Source: Scyliorhinus canicula
Taxonomy: Eukaryota
Reading direction: 5' to 3'
NCBI RefSeq assembly: GCF_902713615.1
Contig: NC_052149.1
Span: 198,582,059 to 198,646,058 of the forward strand
Length of the DNA: 64,000 nt
The stretch's first letter is position 1, and every line of letters begins with the position of its first letter. Positions 1 through 12,905 of this stretch are shown here, piece by piece. The position numbers and the translations under genes are program-made. The notes under the pieces are model-generated. The model worked only from the letters and a program-made list of their open reading frames with translations, made no database searches and was not told the DNA's origin.

Positions 1-300
1 AAGGTCTGGATTTTCCAGTAAAGGAAACATCCATTTTCAGGAGGCATTGAAGCACAAAATTAAGTTAAACAGAGTGTTATTATGCCACTCCAAAAATGTC
101 CAAGGAAAGAGGATCATCAGTCACAATGGGCATCTATCTGGGGTCTGACCTGTTGTACTTAACTGAAAGAGAATGAGCACAGTCAACGTTCCTGCATGAT
201 TCACTCTAACTTGCACTCCCAATCCAATCTCCCAAAGAATTAATATTTCTAAAAATATTGCATTCATCATGCAATAGTATCCCTGAAACAGATACTTTAT

Positions 301-624
301 CATAGAATCCCTCCAGTGCAGAAGGAGGCCATTCAGCCCGTTAAGTCTGCACCAGCTCTCTGAAAGATCACCCTATTTAGGGTCATGACCCCTCCCTATC
401 CTCGTAACCCCATAACTCCACCCAACCTTTAGATACTGAGGTGCAATTTAGCATGGCCAATCCATGTAACATGCACATCTTTGAACTGTGGGAGGAAACC
501 GGAGCACCCGGAGAAAACCCAGGCAGAGAAAGTGCAGACTCCACGTAGACAGTCTCCCATGGTCGGAATTGAACCCGGGTACCTGGTGCTGTGAGACAGC
601 AGTGCTAACCACTGTGCTGCCGTG
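301..624 (-). mobile_element. HE1-type tRNA-derived SINE with CR1/HER1-like 3' tail
   Basis: Reverse complement has a tRNA-like head (GCACAGTGGTTAGCACTGCT, B-box-like GGTTCAATTCC), the HE1-type core and the tail GGCCTCCTTCTGCACTG...ATTCTATG. Confidence 0.85.
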
Positions 625-2118
625 GAGGAGGACACATTAGTTCTCTTGATTCCAGCTTACAGAAACTTTGCCTCTGCTTTTTAGCTGATTCTGAGATTGG
701 CTCTGGATCTTGTATGAAGGTCAGAGTACTCAGGAAAGTGTATTTCTGAATTGGGATTGGAAAAATGGATTTCCCAGTCAGAATTTGCTGATCTATTTCT
801 GTGCAATGAAGAGGAAGAGGATCAGGCCATGAGTGGGCTAGTTTGCGGCTCTTAAAATGAGCACCACAGAAGAAAAGTGTGCCCTATATATCAATAATTA
901 CTCCAATGTTGGCAGAAGGTCCTATTTAAATGTTTGTATTCAGAATATAGGAAGACCTTATGGCACAGTCAGTAGAATTTCTGCCTCCAGGAATCTCCAG
1001 GTTTTCAGTCCCAATTTAGGACTTGATGGCCAAGGAAGTTGCTTTCGACAGGTCGCAAATCCTTCGATCAGATGGCAATGTCAGCCAGTAACAGTGGGGA
1101 CAGATTCCTGGTCAGCCATATGATGGAAAGAAAGTTGGAGCCTCGACCATCCAGGCTACAATATGTATATAAAAGTGTGCAATGCCATAACAACTCAGAC
1201 TCCCTGAATGAATTGTATTGCCAACACGACCACCCAGCAGTATCTCAGAAAGCTACATTTCTATCCAATATTTGATGACTCAGAACTCTGTGATAAGTTG
1301 ATAGATTGCTGATCAGATATCGGCCATCCCAACCGAACAGAACAAGCATAATGAGGCACAATATGTTACATAAATATTAATTGTCAAGCTTAAGTCTCAT
1401 TTGACAAAACTGGATAAATCTGCTGGAGCCCTGTGGTACAGAAATGATCATACCTTTCTGTATCCTACATTACAGAGACATGGCTGCAGAATGACATAGA
1501 TTGGGACCTGAATATTGAAGGGGTTTGTGAACCTTAGGAAAGACAAGAAGACGGAAACGTACAAGGGTGGCTCTGTTAATTAATGATTGTATTAGCACAC
1601 TAGAGAGAGACGTCCTAAGTTCAGAAAACCCGGATGTAGAAACGGGTTGGGTAGAGATGAGAAATGATACAGACAAGAAATCACTTGCGGAAGTGTTGTA
1701 CTGGCCGCCCAACAGTAATCACAGGATGTAAACAAATAAATAATGGGAGCTTATTAGAAAGGTAAGGCAATAATCATGTTGGCTTTTAATCTGCATATCG
1801 ATTGTGAAAAAGCGATAGGCAAAGAGAACCTAGATGAGGATTTCATAGAATATTTTTAGGATAGTTCCTTCGAACAGCATGTTCTGCCACCAACCAGAGA
1901 GCAGGATATACTGGAACTGGTATTGTGCAATGTGACAGGATTAATTAAAGATCTCAGTGAAGATGGCCCCTAGGTAACAGTAATCATAATATGAATTAAT
2001 TTTACATTCAGTTTGAAGGAGAGAAGAGTGAGTCCAAGACTAATATATCAAACTTTAAAAAGGGCCATTGTGAAGGAAAGAAAGCGCAGCTAGCTGAAGT
2101 AAACTATCAAACGAGTAA

Positions 2119-2461
2119 GGCACGTTGGGAGAGTGGTTAGCACTGCTGCCTCATAGCCTCAGGGACCCGGGTTCAATTCCTGCCTTGGGTGACTCTGTGT
2201 GGAGTTTGACTTTCTCTCTGTGTCTGTTTGGGTTTCCTCCGGGCGCCCCAGTTTCATCCAAAAATGTGCAGATTAAGTGGATTGGCCATGCTAGATTGCC
2301 CATTAGTGACCAAAGGTTGCAAAAATTGCCCAAAGTTTAGGTGGGGTTATGGGTTTACAGGAATAGAGCGGGGGTGTGGGCATAGGTAGGGTGATCTTTA
2401 CGATGTCCGTGCAGACTCGATGGGCTGAACGGCCTCCTTCTGCACTGTAGGGATTATATGA
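2119..2461 (+). mobile_element. HE1-type SINE
   Basis: Head GTGGTTAGCACTGCTGCCTCA...GGTTCAATTCC, core, and tail GGCCTCCTTCTGCACTGTAGGGATT. Confidence 0.85.
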
Positions 2462-2899
2462 AATTAGGTTAAGGGATAGGTCAGTAGGGATGTAGTGGTG
2501 GAGACTTATGGGGATTTTCAAAATACACAGAAGAGAAAAAAGGGTTCCAAGGGAAGTGCCCACCACCAAAAGTTAAAGGTATTGTCAAACATAAAGAAAA
2601 AAGACAAAGATGGGTGGCAGATCAGAAGCTTGGACAAAATATAAAAAACAGCCAAGAATGACTAAGAGATTGATAAGAAGGAAAATTAGAGTATGAGGGA
2701 AAGCAAGCCAAAAAACAAATTGTGAGAGTTTCTATAGATATTTTAAAAAGAAATGAGTTAACAAAATGAGTGTTCATCCAATACAATGTGAGTCTGGAGA
2801 ATTAATGATGGCATGTAAGGAGCTGACAGATAAGTTGAACAGGTATTTTGCATTGGTCTTCACTCTGGAGGACATAAATAAAATCCCAGAAATAGCTGC

Positions 2900-3268
2900 A
2901 TGTCAGAGACCCCTCCCACCCAGGCTTTGCCCTCTTCCAGACCCTTCAATCAGCCAGAAGATACAGAAGTCTGAGGACCCGCACATCCAGACATAGGAAC
3001 AGCTTCTTCCCCACAGTTACGAGACTCCTCAATGACTCTCCCTTGGACTGATCTGTTCCCTGTAAGAACACTATTCATGATGCCCTATACTGCTCTTGTT
3101 TGGCCCTTCACTATTTGTTGAAGCACCACTGTCAATGTACTCTGTCAATTATTCTTTTGTCTACTATGTACGTACTGTGTACGTTCCCTTGGCCGCAGAA
3201 AAATACTTTTCACTGTACTTCAGTACGTGCGACAATATATATCAATCAATCAATCAATCAAAATCAAA
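2900..3268 (+). mobile_element. 3' end of a Rex1/Babar-type LINE
   Basis: Encodes a DPSHPGFALFQTL..RRYRSLRTRTSRHRNSFFP..RLLN-like C-terminus and ends in an (ATCA)n/(AAATC)n tail; inserted into CR1. Confidence 0.7.
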
Positions 3269-4009
3269 TCAGGAAATTGAAGGGAAGGAAGAACTCATGA
3301 AAATTACAATCGCCAGGAAAGTTGCACTGAGGAAATTGTTGAAGCTCTCAGCTGACAGGTTCTCGGGTCCTGACGGACTTCATTCTCGGGTCATAAAGGA
3401 AGTGACCATAAATGGAAGTGAGATAGTCGATGCGTTGGTTTTAATTTTCTAAAATTCCCTACTTTCGGGGAAGTTTCCATTGGATTAGAAAATACCGAAT
3501 GTGCAGAGAATGTTTCTTCTTTCAGGAGTATCTAGCACGAGCGGCCACTGCTTAAAAACAAAGGGTCACCCATTTAGTACAGAGATGAGGAACACAGTTA
3601 TCTCTGAGGGTGATGAGTTTTTGGAACTCTCTTCCTCAAGCGGCGATGGAAGCGGACTCTTTGAATATTTTAAAGGCAGAGCTAGATAGATTCTTGATAA
3701 GCAAGGGAGTAAAAGGTTATCGGGAACAGGTGGGAATGTGGAGTTGAGGTTAAAATTAGTTCAGCCATGATCTCATTGAATTACGGAGAATGTTTGAAGA
3801 GCTGAGTGGCCTCCCCCTGTTTCTAATTCTTATGTTTGTGCATAAGATCACTGTGCAGAAAGGGGTGTTACCCTGCTGAAGCTGACGAGCAGGGGATTCT
3901 GAGGACCTCGCATCACTACAACTGATAGATGTTGAAAAGGATAAAGTGAAGGTGGAGCCAGATCCAGGGAAACGAGACTGCGATTTATAATTGGGTGCTT
4001 TCTTTTTTT

Positions 4010-4143
4010 CTATTTGTCCATTCACGGGATGTGGGGTCGCTGGCTAGACCAGCATTTATTGCCCATCCCTAATTGCCCTTGAGAAGGTAGTGGTGAGCCG
4101 CCTTCTTGAACCACTGCAGGCCATGTAGTATAGGTACACCCAC
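4010..4143 (-). mobile_element. 3' tail fragment of a CR1/L2-group LINE or its partner SINE
   Basis: Reverse complement reads GGTTCAAGAAGGCGGCTCACCACTACCTTCTCAAGGGCAATTAGGGATGGGCAATAAATGCTGG; a related tail lies on + at about 7240-7315. Confidence 0.65.
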
Positions 4144-4415
4144 AAAACTGCACTCCAAAGGCTTCTCTATCTGCCCATCATTATACCAAAGTTACAATTT
4201 CAAGTGTCATCATTGAAATCTAAAAGGCCAAACAGCCATATAAACAAACTCAGCATGTGCACACGGTGGCACAGTGGTTACCACTGCTGCCTCACAGTGC
4301 CCGGAACCAGATTCAATTTCGGAGGGGGTCGGAGAATCCCATTTCATAACTTTGAAATCCTTCACATTAGTTTCAGGTTGCTCAGAGCTAAAAGTATTGG
4401 GGGGGGGGGGGGGGG

Positions 4416-4750
4416 GTACGGTAGCACAGTGGTTAGCACAGTTGTTTCGTAGCTCCAGGGTCCCAGGCTTGATTCCCGGCTTGGGTCACTGTCTGCGCAG
4501 AGTCTGCACGTTCTCCCCGTGTCTGTGTGGGTTTCCTCCGGGTGCTCAGGTTTCCTCCCACAGTCCAAAGATGTGCAGGTTAGTTGGATTGGCCATGATC
4601 AATTGTCCTTAGTGTGCAAAAAAGTTGGGTGGGGTTACTCGGTTACGGGGATAGGCTGGAGGTGTGGGCTTGGGTAGGTTGCTTTTTCCAAGGGCTAGTG
4701 CAGATGGGCCAAATGGCCTCCTTCTGCACTGTAGGGATTCTATGATTCTA
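4416..4750 (+). mobile_element. HE1-type SINE
   Basis: Full head, core and ...GGGATTCTATGATTCTA tail. Confidence 0.85.
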
Positions 4751-4779
4751 TTGATTTGCCCCCAAAATGGCATCTGTGA

Positions 4780-5480
4780 CAGACGCTCATACCTCTGGTT
4801 CATACTTCATGGGAGCGATGTTCAAACCTTGAGGACCTCAGCTCTTGTCATCATCTACTAGACTGCAAAGTTCTGTGCATGAGTATGGTTCAACTTGTCC
4901 CACACCAGTCTTGCAGATACCCAGCTCAAAACAACAAAGTGCATCATCTTAGATCAACTCAACTCAGCTGGCTCCCCATCCTGAGCAACATCCCACTCCC
5001 TCACATAAGGAGGGATATTGCAACAAGAAAACTCCTGGAGAAAATTTAAGTCAACCTTGGCGTGCCACTACACTACACTATATTACCTGAACAATTCAGT
5101 TGCTGCTCACCTCCAATCACGCCAGCCTGTCTGGCTAAGACTACCGTCTCAAGGAATAATAATGATTGTCCTATGGTAGCAGTAATTGAACCAATGTGCT
5201 ACCATTCAAAACAAGTCCTCATACCAAAACCCACAGACCGTCCACCTGATTCAACCTGCCGCCTCAGCATTCACTCAACTGTTTCCGCACTGGCCAAAGT
5301 CTTTGTCAGCAAATTGACACAAGTGGGGTCTTGCAGGGACTGCAGCTGTGGAGCATCTTAATCAATGACTCACATCATTGAAGATGCTCCTGACAAAATT
5401 CAGCAGAGGGCTCAGAGAGTCGAATTTGCCATTGTGGAAGCTATTGCTGACTTAGTGATTACTGCACACGCTAAAAAATA
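4780..5480 (+). mobile_element. Vingi/Ingi-clade-like LINE, 3' part (decayed)
   Basis: Degenerate peptides resembling WGAD.QTLRTSAL.I.Y...E.CA.VW, WLPILSNIP.PHIRR and a C-terminal CSCG...THII.. knuckle. Confidence 0.55.
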
Positions 5481-5489
5481 ACTACTTGA

Positions 5490-5713
5490 GGTAGCTCGCT
5501 GGCACAGTGGTTAGCATTGCTGCCTACGGCACTGAGGACCCGGGTTCGAATCCCGGCCCTGGGTCACTGTCCGTGTGGAGTTTGCACATTTTCCCCATGT
5601 CTGTGTGGGTTTCACCCCCACAACCCAAAGATGTGCATGGTAGGTAGATTGGCCACTCTAAAATGCCCTTTAATTGGAAAAAATAATTGGGTATTCTAAA
5701 TTTTTAAAAAAAA
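5490..5713 (+). mobile_element. Short tRNA-head SINE with A-rich tail
   Basis: Same head as HE1; ends CCCTTTAATTGGAAAAAATAATTGGGTATTCTAAATTTTTAAAAAAAAA with no CR1 tail. Confidence 0.8.
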
Positions 5714-6859
5714 ACTACTTTTGATTCTGGAGGTGCTGGCCATAATTTGGTGGGGGCATTAGCATATGCAAAGGGATCATCCATCGAGCGTATTTAAAGT
5801 AGTCAGACCATGATGTCAATCAACTTGTAATGTAGATCTGAGGTCAGAGCTTCAGTTTTAGAATTCAGCATTCCACCTAGCACCATCTTTTAAATAGGTA
5901 AAACGGAAATAATCATTCAGCAGCAGGGAGGATCCTTCCTATTTAAAGGGACTGTCTATTTTCAAGTTGGTTACTGATTGATTTCTACTCATTCTTGCTA
6001 CAATTGTAGAAGTGTTTCGAGGCTTATATGTTATGCAAAGTTGCTACAGTCTGAAGTGTTGAAGAACTTTGTCCAGACTTCAAGAGTTTAGCAAACTGTT
6101 TGTTCCACGAATTGGGTTTAGTAATTTATATTCCCCTTAGGTTGGAGGCCAGCTACCGTCAACAGATTGGGAAAAAAATTTAAAAACATTGAGGAGCCAA
6201 GTGCTGGAGGGGAAATCCCTCCATGGAAATCACTGGGGCCAGTGGAGGATTGCCTTCTCTACCTGCAGCCCTTGTTTTGCCTCCCTTTTCCCTCACCCCT
6301 AACCTCCCATGGCTACAGCTGGGAGGCTGCCTCTATTTACCTAGTGGCCTCCTCATGAGGCCAGAGGCTCAATCTGCCCTTGGAAAAATATTGATGTCAC
6401 TGGGAAAATTGCCGCTAATAATGACTTTGTATTTGCAAATTGGCTGCTCACGTGCTTGGGACAGACAGCTTGCCCAATTCCGGCCCCACTGTTGGTAAAA
6501 TCCCCCGATGGTTAGGAAATGTTGGGGAGCAGATCTGGCATAGCTCCCTGCCCATGATTTTACCAGCACCCTCGCCTCCCTTCCCATCTCCATGGGTTGT
6601 CAAAATTCAGCCCTATGAATAACAACCCTTTACTCCCACTCTCTGCTTTCTGTCTTAACTTCAGTCCATTCTGCTACCTGTTAGGTGACTTTTCTATTTT
6701 GGGGCACCTTAATGAAGGCCTTTCAAAAGTCCATATAAATTACATCTACATTTTGAAAATGATCACAGGAGGGGCTGAGCAGTGCATTGAATTCGGAGTT
6801 AGGTTTTATACTTATTGGATCTGAGTTTGAAACCAACCCACAGTAATGAGGTGAAAGTC

Positions 6860-7318
6860 TCTTCTTCAGGGCTGCATACTCTCCACTTGCCTGGAAGAAT
6901 GGAGCTCCATCAATACTCGAGAGGCTTGACACCATCCGGCACAAAACACTCTGCTTGATTGGCCCCCCCAAAAAAGACTTTAAACATTCAGTCCCTCTAT
7001 TGCTGATGCACAGCGGCAACAGTGTGCGCCATCCACAAGATGCACTGCAGCAACCTGCCAAGGTTCCTTTGATAACACCTGGAAGACCAAGGCCAGGAGA
7101 CATGTGGAGCATCAATACTTTCCAGTTCACCTTCAACGCACACACCACCCTGTCACACACAATCTTCCCTTCATCCTTGCTGGGACACAATCCAGGGATT
7201 TTCCATCCATCAACATTGTGAGTATACCTACATCACACGGACTGCAGTGGTTTAAGAAGGCAGCTATCAGAAAATTCTCAAAGGCAGTTAGGAATGGAAG
7301 TAAATACTGGCCTTGCCT
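6860..7318 (+). mobile_element. 3' end of a CR1/L2-group LINE
   Basis: YSPLAW....S.LERLDTI..K..CLIG-like C-terminal ORF2 remnant, then the TTTAAGAAGGCAGCT...TAAATACTGGCCTTGCC tail. Confidence 0.6.
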
Positions 7319-7339
7319 TCAGGGGAAATGTCATTGTGT

Positions 7340-7690
7340 GCTCGGTTCAACAAGATCTTTTGAATCTCACAAAAGCTTTTTCAACCATGAAGGGTTATGG
7401 CGTATCCTCCTCAAATCTGGCTGCCCTCAGCAATTTGTCACAAATGTTCTCCTACTCCACAATGAAATGCAAGCTGTGATCCTCAGAACAGAACCACAAC
7501 AAACCCTATCTCAGTGAAGACCGTGGTGAAACAAGGCCTTTTCATCACGTTAAACTTCTTCACCACCCTCGCCACAGCAATACTGCACCTCCAGCAAAGT
7601 ACCCACATGCATAGCGATAATCTACAGAGCAGATGGGAAACTTAACATTTACGCTGCCTTCAATGCAGATGTTGCTTGTCTGTGTGCTCA
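7340..7690 (+). mobile_element. RTE-clade LINE reverse transcriptase fragment
   Basis: LTKAF / NHEGLWRILLKSGCPQQFV..LLHNEMQAVI / VKT.VKQG motifs. Confidence 0.7.
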
Positions 7691-8018
7691 CTCAGTGATG
7701 TGTCTCTATCAGAGGGGCAAGGGGCCAGGCAAACACCATGGGGTGCCTTCATGATACATTCCTTTAGCTGCAGCTCTATCTGTCTCAGCCCTTTAGGGAC
7801 TCACCAGCATTTGGCTGCTATCCAGGAGTGGGAGAATTTGCCGCTGCTGCAACTAATCATTGTCCTGGTGTATATGAGTCTCGATGAGGGTGGCCACCCT
7901 TTCAATAGGGCTACACATGCACTCAATCAACTGAGAAATTATGGCATTTGCGCCTTGAATGGAATCCTCCATATTCTGCCCAAGGTACACACTGCTTCAG
8001 GGAACTCTGCAAGGCACA

Positions 8019-8340
8019 GGAGCACAGTGGCCAGCACTGCTGCCTCATAGTGCCAGGGACCCGGGTTCAATTCTGACTTGGGTGACTGTGTGGAGTTTGT
8101 ATGTTCTCCCCATGTCTGCGTGCGTTTCCCCCGGTTTCCTCCCACAGACCAAAGATGTGAAGGTTAGGTGGATTGGCCGTGCCAAAATTGCCCCTTGGGG
8201 TCCAAAGATGTGCAGGTTAGATTACAGATATAGGCCAGGGTGGGCGGGGCAGTGGACCTGGGTTAGTGCTCTTTCGGATGATCGGCGCAGACTCGATGAG
8301 CTGATTGGCCTCCTTCTGCACTGCAGTGATTCTATGATTC
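8019..8340 (+). mobile_element. HE1-type SINE
   Basis: Head, core and ...GTGATTCTATGATTC tail. Confidence 0.8.
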
Positions 8341-8538
8341 AAGCATGCCCTGCTTCACATGTAGCAGAGTCTACAGATCTCTCTCTGGAATTATCAGCCA
8401 TCTCAGAATCTGTCGACCAGAGTGGAAGTGAATTATAATTAATCCCGAGTGACTGTATGAGAAGAAGAACGGTGTTTTCCATGTTTCACATCTTTGGAGT
8501 TACTTTGGAGGAAGAGACTGAAGATCACCAGGGAACTT

Positions 8539-8820
8539 TGTAAAAACTAAAACTCCAGGTGACCATAGTGAATGAAAACAACAACTGTTTATTTACAGGC
8601 AGAAAACTATTTACAAGTAACCATTTTCCAAACGTAACACAAGCAAAATAACAAGTCCTACCTTCCCCTTATCCAGGCCTTGACTGTGGGTTTTAAAGTT
8701 CCACTCTCCAGCTAGATCAGCGTGCGCTCTCATTTTATTGGCCTAGGAGTCACGCGGCCTCCAAGATTTGCCAAAACCTCGGATGAGAAAGTCTCATGGT
8801 CTCCAATGTTCACCGTGGCA
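8539..8820 (-). repeat. 3' LTR of the minus-strand Gypsy
   Basis: TG...CA bounded; polypurine tract immediately adjacent (TCCTTCCCCC on +, 8821-8830). Confidence 0.75.
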
Positions 8821-9642
8821 TCCTTCCCCCTTCAGGTCCCCCCGTACCTGAAAATCTCAATCTCAACATCCCAGTCTATCGGGGGACTTCAGTTTATGTT
8901 GAGAGCGACAAAGTATCACTGGTTGGGGCTTTTCCCCAGAGGGTTCTCTCACTCCATTTACTTCTCCTGGTACAGGTAGTCCCTCGCAGCTGCTTCTCCC
9001 ACCCTGGCGGGTTTTGTGTTTACAACGGTCTGTTGAGTCTCCTCAATTCTTTGATCAGCACTAACTAACAGTGGACATGCCTGGGATTGCTAATGCTACC
9101 AGCTCTTATGGAGGCTCTTTTTTCCTCAAATGGTCCAAATGTTTTCTCAGGATCTTATCCTGTGTTCTTACCGAATACGATACTAGCCCTATCTTAGCTA
9201 CAATGATCCCTGAGACCCAGCTAATATCACTTCCAAACTTTCTTCTGGAAATTGGGTCATTCTCTTCAAATGTTCTCTCTGCCTTTGCTGAGTCATGATT
9301 TCTTTTTTGAATATCTTTCCAAGACTCTGCCTTTCCTGATAAATTTGGGAAAATGAGGCTCAGTCTGGCATGCAATCAATGCCCCATCAGCAGTTCCACC
9401 AGGGCAATGCCTGTTCTTGAGTGTGGGGTGATTCTATATGATTGCAAATATTGCGTAATCTTGATATTAATGGAGGCTGGCGGCTGCTTCTTCCTCCCAG
9501 ACTTGAAGGTTTGTACAGCTCGTTCAGCCAAACCGTTGGACAACAGGTGACATGGCACTGTTTTCATGTGCCTGATATCATTGAAAACCAAAAAGTGTTG
9601 AAACTCCATGCTGGTAAAAGCAGTACCGTCATCTGAAACTTG

Positions 9643-10348
9643 GGGCGAAATTCTCCGACCCCCAGCAGGGTCGGAGAATCGCCTGGGGCCGCCATAAATC
9701 CTGCCCCCGCAGTGGCAGAGATTCTCCGCCACCCGGGAATTGGCGGGGGCGGGAATCTCGCCACTCCGATCGGCGAGGCCCCTGCGGCGATTCTCCGGCC
9801 CGCGATGTGCCGAAGTCCCGCCATTGGGAGGCCTCTCCCACTGCCGAGGTTTGAACCACCTCTGGTGGCGGCGGGACCAAGGTCCTGGGGGGGGGGGGGC
9901 ACCGGGCGATCGGACCCCGGGGGGGGTGCCTCCACGGTGGCCAGGCCCACGATCGGGGCCCCCTATCAGGGGGCGGGCCAGTGCCCTGGGGGCACTCTTT
10001 CTCCTCTGCCGCCGCCACGGCCTCCGCCATGGCGGAAGTGGAAGAGAAACCCATAGCGCGCATGCGCCGGTGGTGACGTCAGTGGCAGCTGGCCACTGAT
10101 GTCACCGCCGGCGCATGCGCGAACTGCCGAAAGTCTTTCGGCCAGCCCCGCTGCCGGGCGGAGGGCCTGAAAGGTCGCTGACGCCGGTTTTTGCGCCAGT
10201 CGGCGTGGTGCCAACGGCTCCGGCGCAGGCCTAGCCCCCAAAGGTGCGAAGAATTCTGCACCTTTGGGGAGGCCCGACCCCGGAGTGGATGGCGCCACTC
10301 CCCTATGCCGGAACCACCCATCCCGCCGGGTAGGGGAGAATCCCTCCC
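9643..10348. mobile_element. GC-rich PIF/Harbinger-type MITE inserted in the Gypsy integrase
   Basis: Terminal inverted repeats (TIRs) GGGCGAAATTCTCC / GGAGAATCCCTCCC; splits the integrase P..VSD motif; homologous to 31927-32558. Confidence 0.75.
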
Positions 10349-12905
10349 CAGGTCTGCGGGTACTGCATAAATGTAAAAACACTGACAGAATTTTCAACCT
10401 TTGCGTAAGAGGTAGTGGACATCATCGGGTTGGTGTCCATCCATTTTGACTGTGCATCCACCAATAAAAGGAACGTTGAGCCAAAAGTCAATGTGTACTC
10501 TCCCACGAGGCCTGCCAGGTTATTCCCATGGGTGCAGAGGGGCAGCAGTGGGCAGGTCCCATTGTCCTTGACGTTGGTCACATTACTGAACTATATTTGT
10601 TACATCGGCATCGATGACAGGTCACCATATTTAGCTCCTTGCCAGCATTTTTATTTTAGATATTAGCTGTCTGGGTCCCAGGTTGATGCTCCAATATATA
10701 CTCGTATGCTGAGAGCATTAGTGCCCAGCATTGTATCCGGGTAGAGGCAATGGGAGGGATTGGCTAATCTTCTTTGCATAACCCGAATAATGGTTCATGG
10801 TCTGTCACGATTGTGAAATGTTTTCCCTATTGGTGGAATTTTTTGATGCTGAACTGCTCACCCTTCTTTTTTGATTTGGGAGCAACACTTCTTCACCTCA
10901 GATAGGGTTCTGGACATATAAGTGACCGGCCTCTCTGTTCCATCTTTCAACCTATGGGAAAGCACAACTCCAATTCCATGTGAAGATGTGTCACAGATAA
11001 GGACAAGCTCCTTTTTGGGTCGAAATGGACCAGTGGACAAGTGAACTGAAATTGTTGTTTACCTGATTGAAAGCCTCATCTTCGGGCACCCTCCAAAACC
11101 ACTTTTAGTAAGATATGCAAAGGTGCTAACAAGGTGGCTATATTTGGGATGAATCTACAGTAATAGTTAATCATCCACAAGACAGTTTTTAATTTTGCTG
11201 TATATTTCAGGGCAGGTGCTTCTTTTATGGTTTTTACTTTTTCTTTCCAGGGAACCCAAATAGTTCACCTCACTGGCCTGAAACATACATCTGTAAGCAC
11301 ACACCAGTGATCAGAAGCTCTTTAGTACCTCTTCCAAATTGGACAAATGCTCTTCCCCTGTGGAACCAGTACATAGTGCATCATCTAAATAAACAGCTCT
11401 GGGCTGTAATAAATTTGCCATGGTGCATTGAAAAATCACTGATGATACTGCAAATGATAAACAGCTGTAGTCGTACAAGCTCTTGTGTGTTGATGATCGC
11501 ATATTCTCATGTTGATTCATCTAATTCCAATTGCAAGTAAGCTTGACTCATATCTAGTTTAATAAATGTTAAGCCATCTGCGAGTTTATCATAAAGATCC
11601 TTGATCTAGGGAATGGACTATCAGTCTAATTTGGCCACTTGATTGACAATCACTTTGTAATCCCTGCAAATGAGCACTGCCTTGTCCGGTTTGACGACAA
11701 GAACAATAGATGTCGCCCACTCTGCAAACTGCACTTGTCTAATGATGCCTAGATCTTCAAGGCACTTAAGTTCTACTTCCACTTTTTCCAACATGGAATA
11801 AAGGATTGGCCTTGTCAAATAAAACCACAGTATGGCTTCAGGGTCTGTGTATATCTTAGCTTGGAACCGCTTTATAATTTCTAGTTATTCTTGGAAGACC
11901 TCGGGATTTTCCGGATGACTTCATATAGGCCTCCCTCACCCAGTTTGAATATTTCTATTCTGTTTAATTTAATATGTTGGAGCCAGTCACGCCCCATTAA
12001 ACTTAGTCCTTGTCCTAACACGACAATAAGCGGGAGCCGAGCTGACTGTTGTCCGAACACTACTGGGGTTGTTGTGGACCCCCTGATTTTAAGCCCCTCT
12101 CTTGTACAAGTGGGTAGCCTGGCCATGGTGTTCCCCACCCTCAATTGTTGGAACCCCATTTTGCAATTAACAGTAAGTTTGTTCCACTATGACTGTCGCC
12201 AAAACATTGGTGTCCATTTCCATCTTCAAAGAGTATCCATTTATAGCAATACATGGTTATTGGAGCCACTTTGCCTGTGTCAATATGGTTCAACGCTAAC
12301 AAATTGCATTCAGATGACTGGTTCTCCTCCATACTGCGGACTGACACTGATTTCTGCCTCCTTCCTGGGCTAGGTAGGCTCTGCATGTTCCTACATCTAT
12401 TCCTTAGGTGACCTCTTCTGTTTCACCTGCAACACTCCTGAAACTTGCACCATTCCGGGCAGGGCCGGTTTTAAGCCTATTTGACCAATTTCATCAAATT
12501 GGGCCCCGCACCTTAAGGGGGCCCCGCGCCAGCGGCGACAGAGTTACCGTTTGAAGCCTTTTCTGTATTCTAAGAGGAACTATAGGGTAGTTTTTACTTT
12601 TAGGGAATGCACCGCATTACCGTCGACAAATCCTTCAGCCCTGCGCCGCCAAATCCTTCCGCCCGGGTAAGTAAGTTTCAAAATTTTAGTATATCAAGCA
12701 TTTAATGTTTTTTTTTGGTTAAAGACAAGCATACTACACGAAGTATAAACATACATAAATTTTTACTTTGTAGAGTAGGGGCCCCGCCATCACTTTTCTA
12801 ATTGGGCCCGCAATTTTTACGCAAAGAGTGGTGAGGCCGTGGAATGCCCTACCTGCAACAGTAGTGAACTCGCCAACATTGAGGGCATTTAAAAATTTAT
12901 TGGAC

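Larger units (their letters stand above)
1385..3840 (+). mobile_element. Decayed CR1/HER1 LINE (endonuclease region, part of ORF2, 3' end), interrupted by a SINE and a Rex/Babar fragment
   Basis: Frameshifted CR1 ORF2 motifs (ELTDKLNRYFALVFTLED; SGPDGLHSRVIKEV...IVDALVLIF) and a CR1-type 3' UTR near 3750-3840. Confidence 0.8.

Noticed and set aside
121-303. Possible terminal exon on the - strand after TCTGTTTCAG
   Set aside because: The peptide is short and unrecognisable, and no supporting upstream exons were identified.
301-624. SINE heads as tRNA genes
   Set aside because: The A/B-box-like heads continue into SINE core and tail and do not form a full cloverleaf.
4399-4416. Long G/C homopolymer runs here and throughout the window as functional G-quadruplexes
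   Set aside because: They mostly lie within TE copies, and homopolymer length may be a sequencing artefact.
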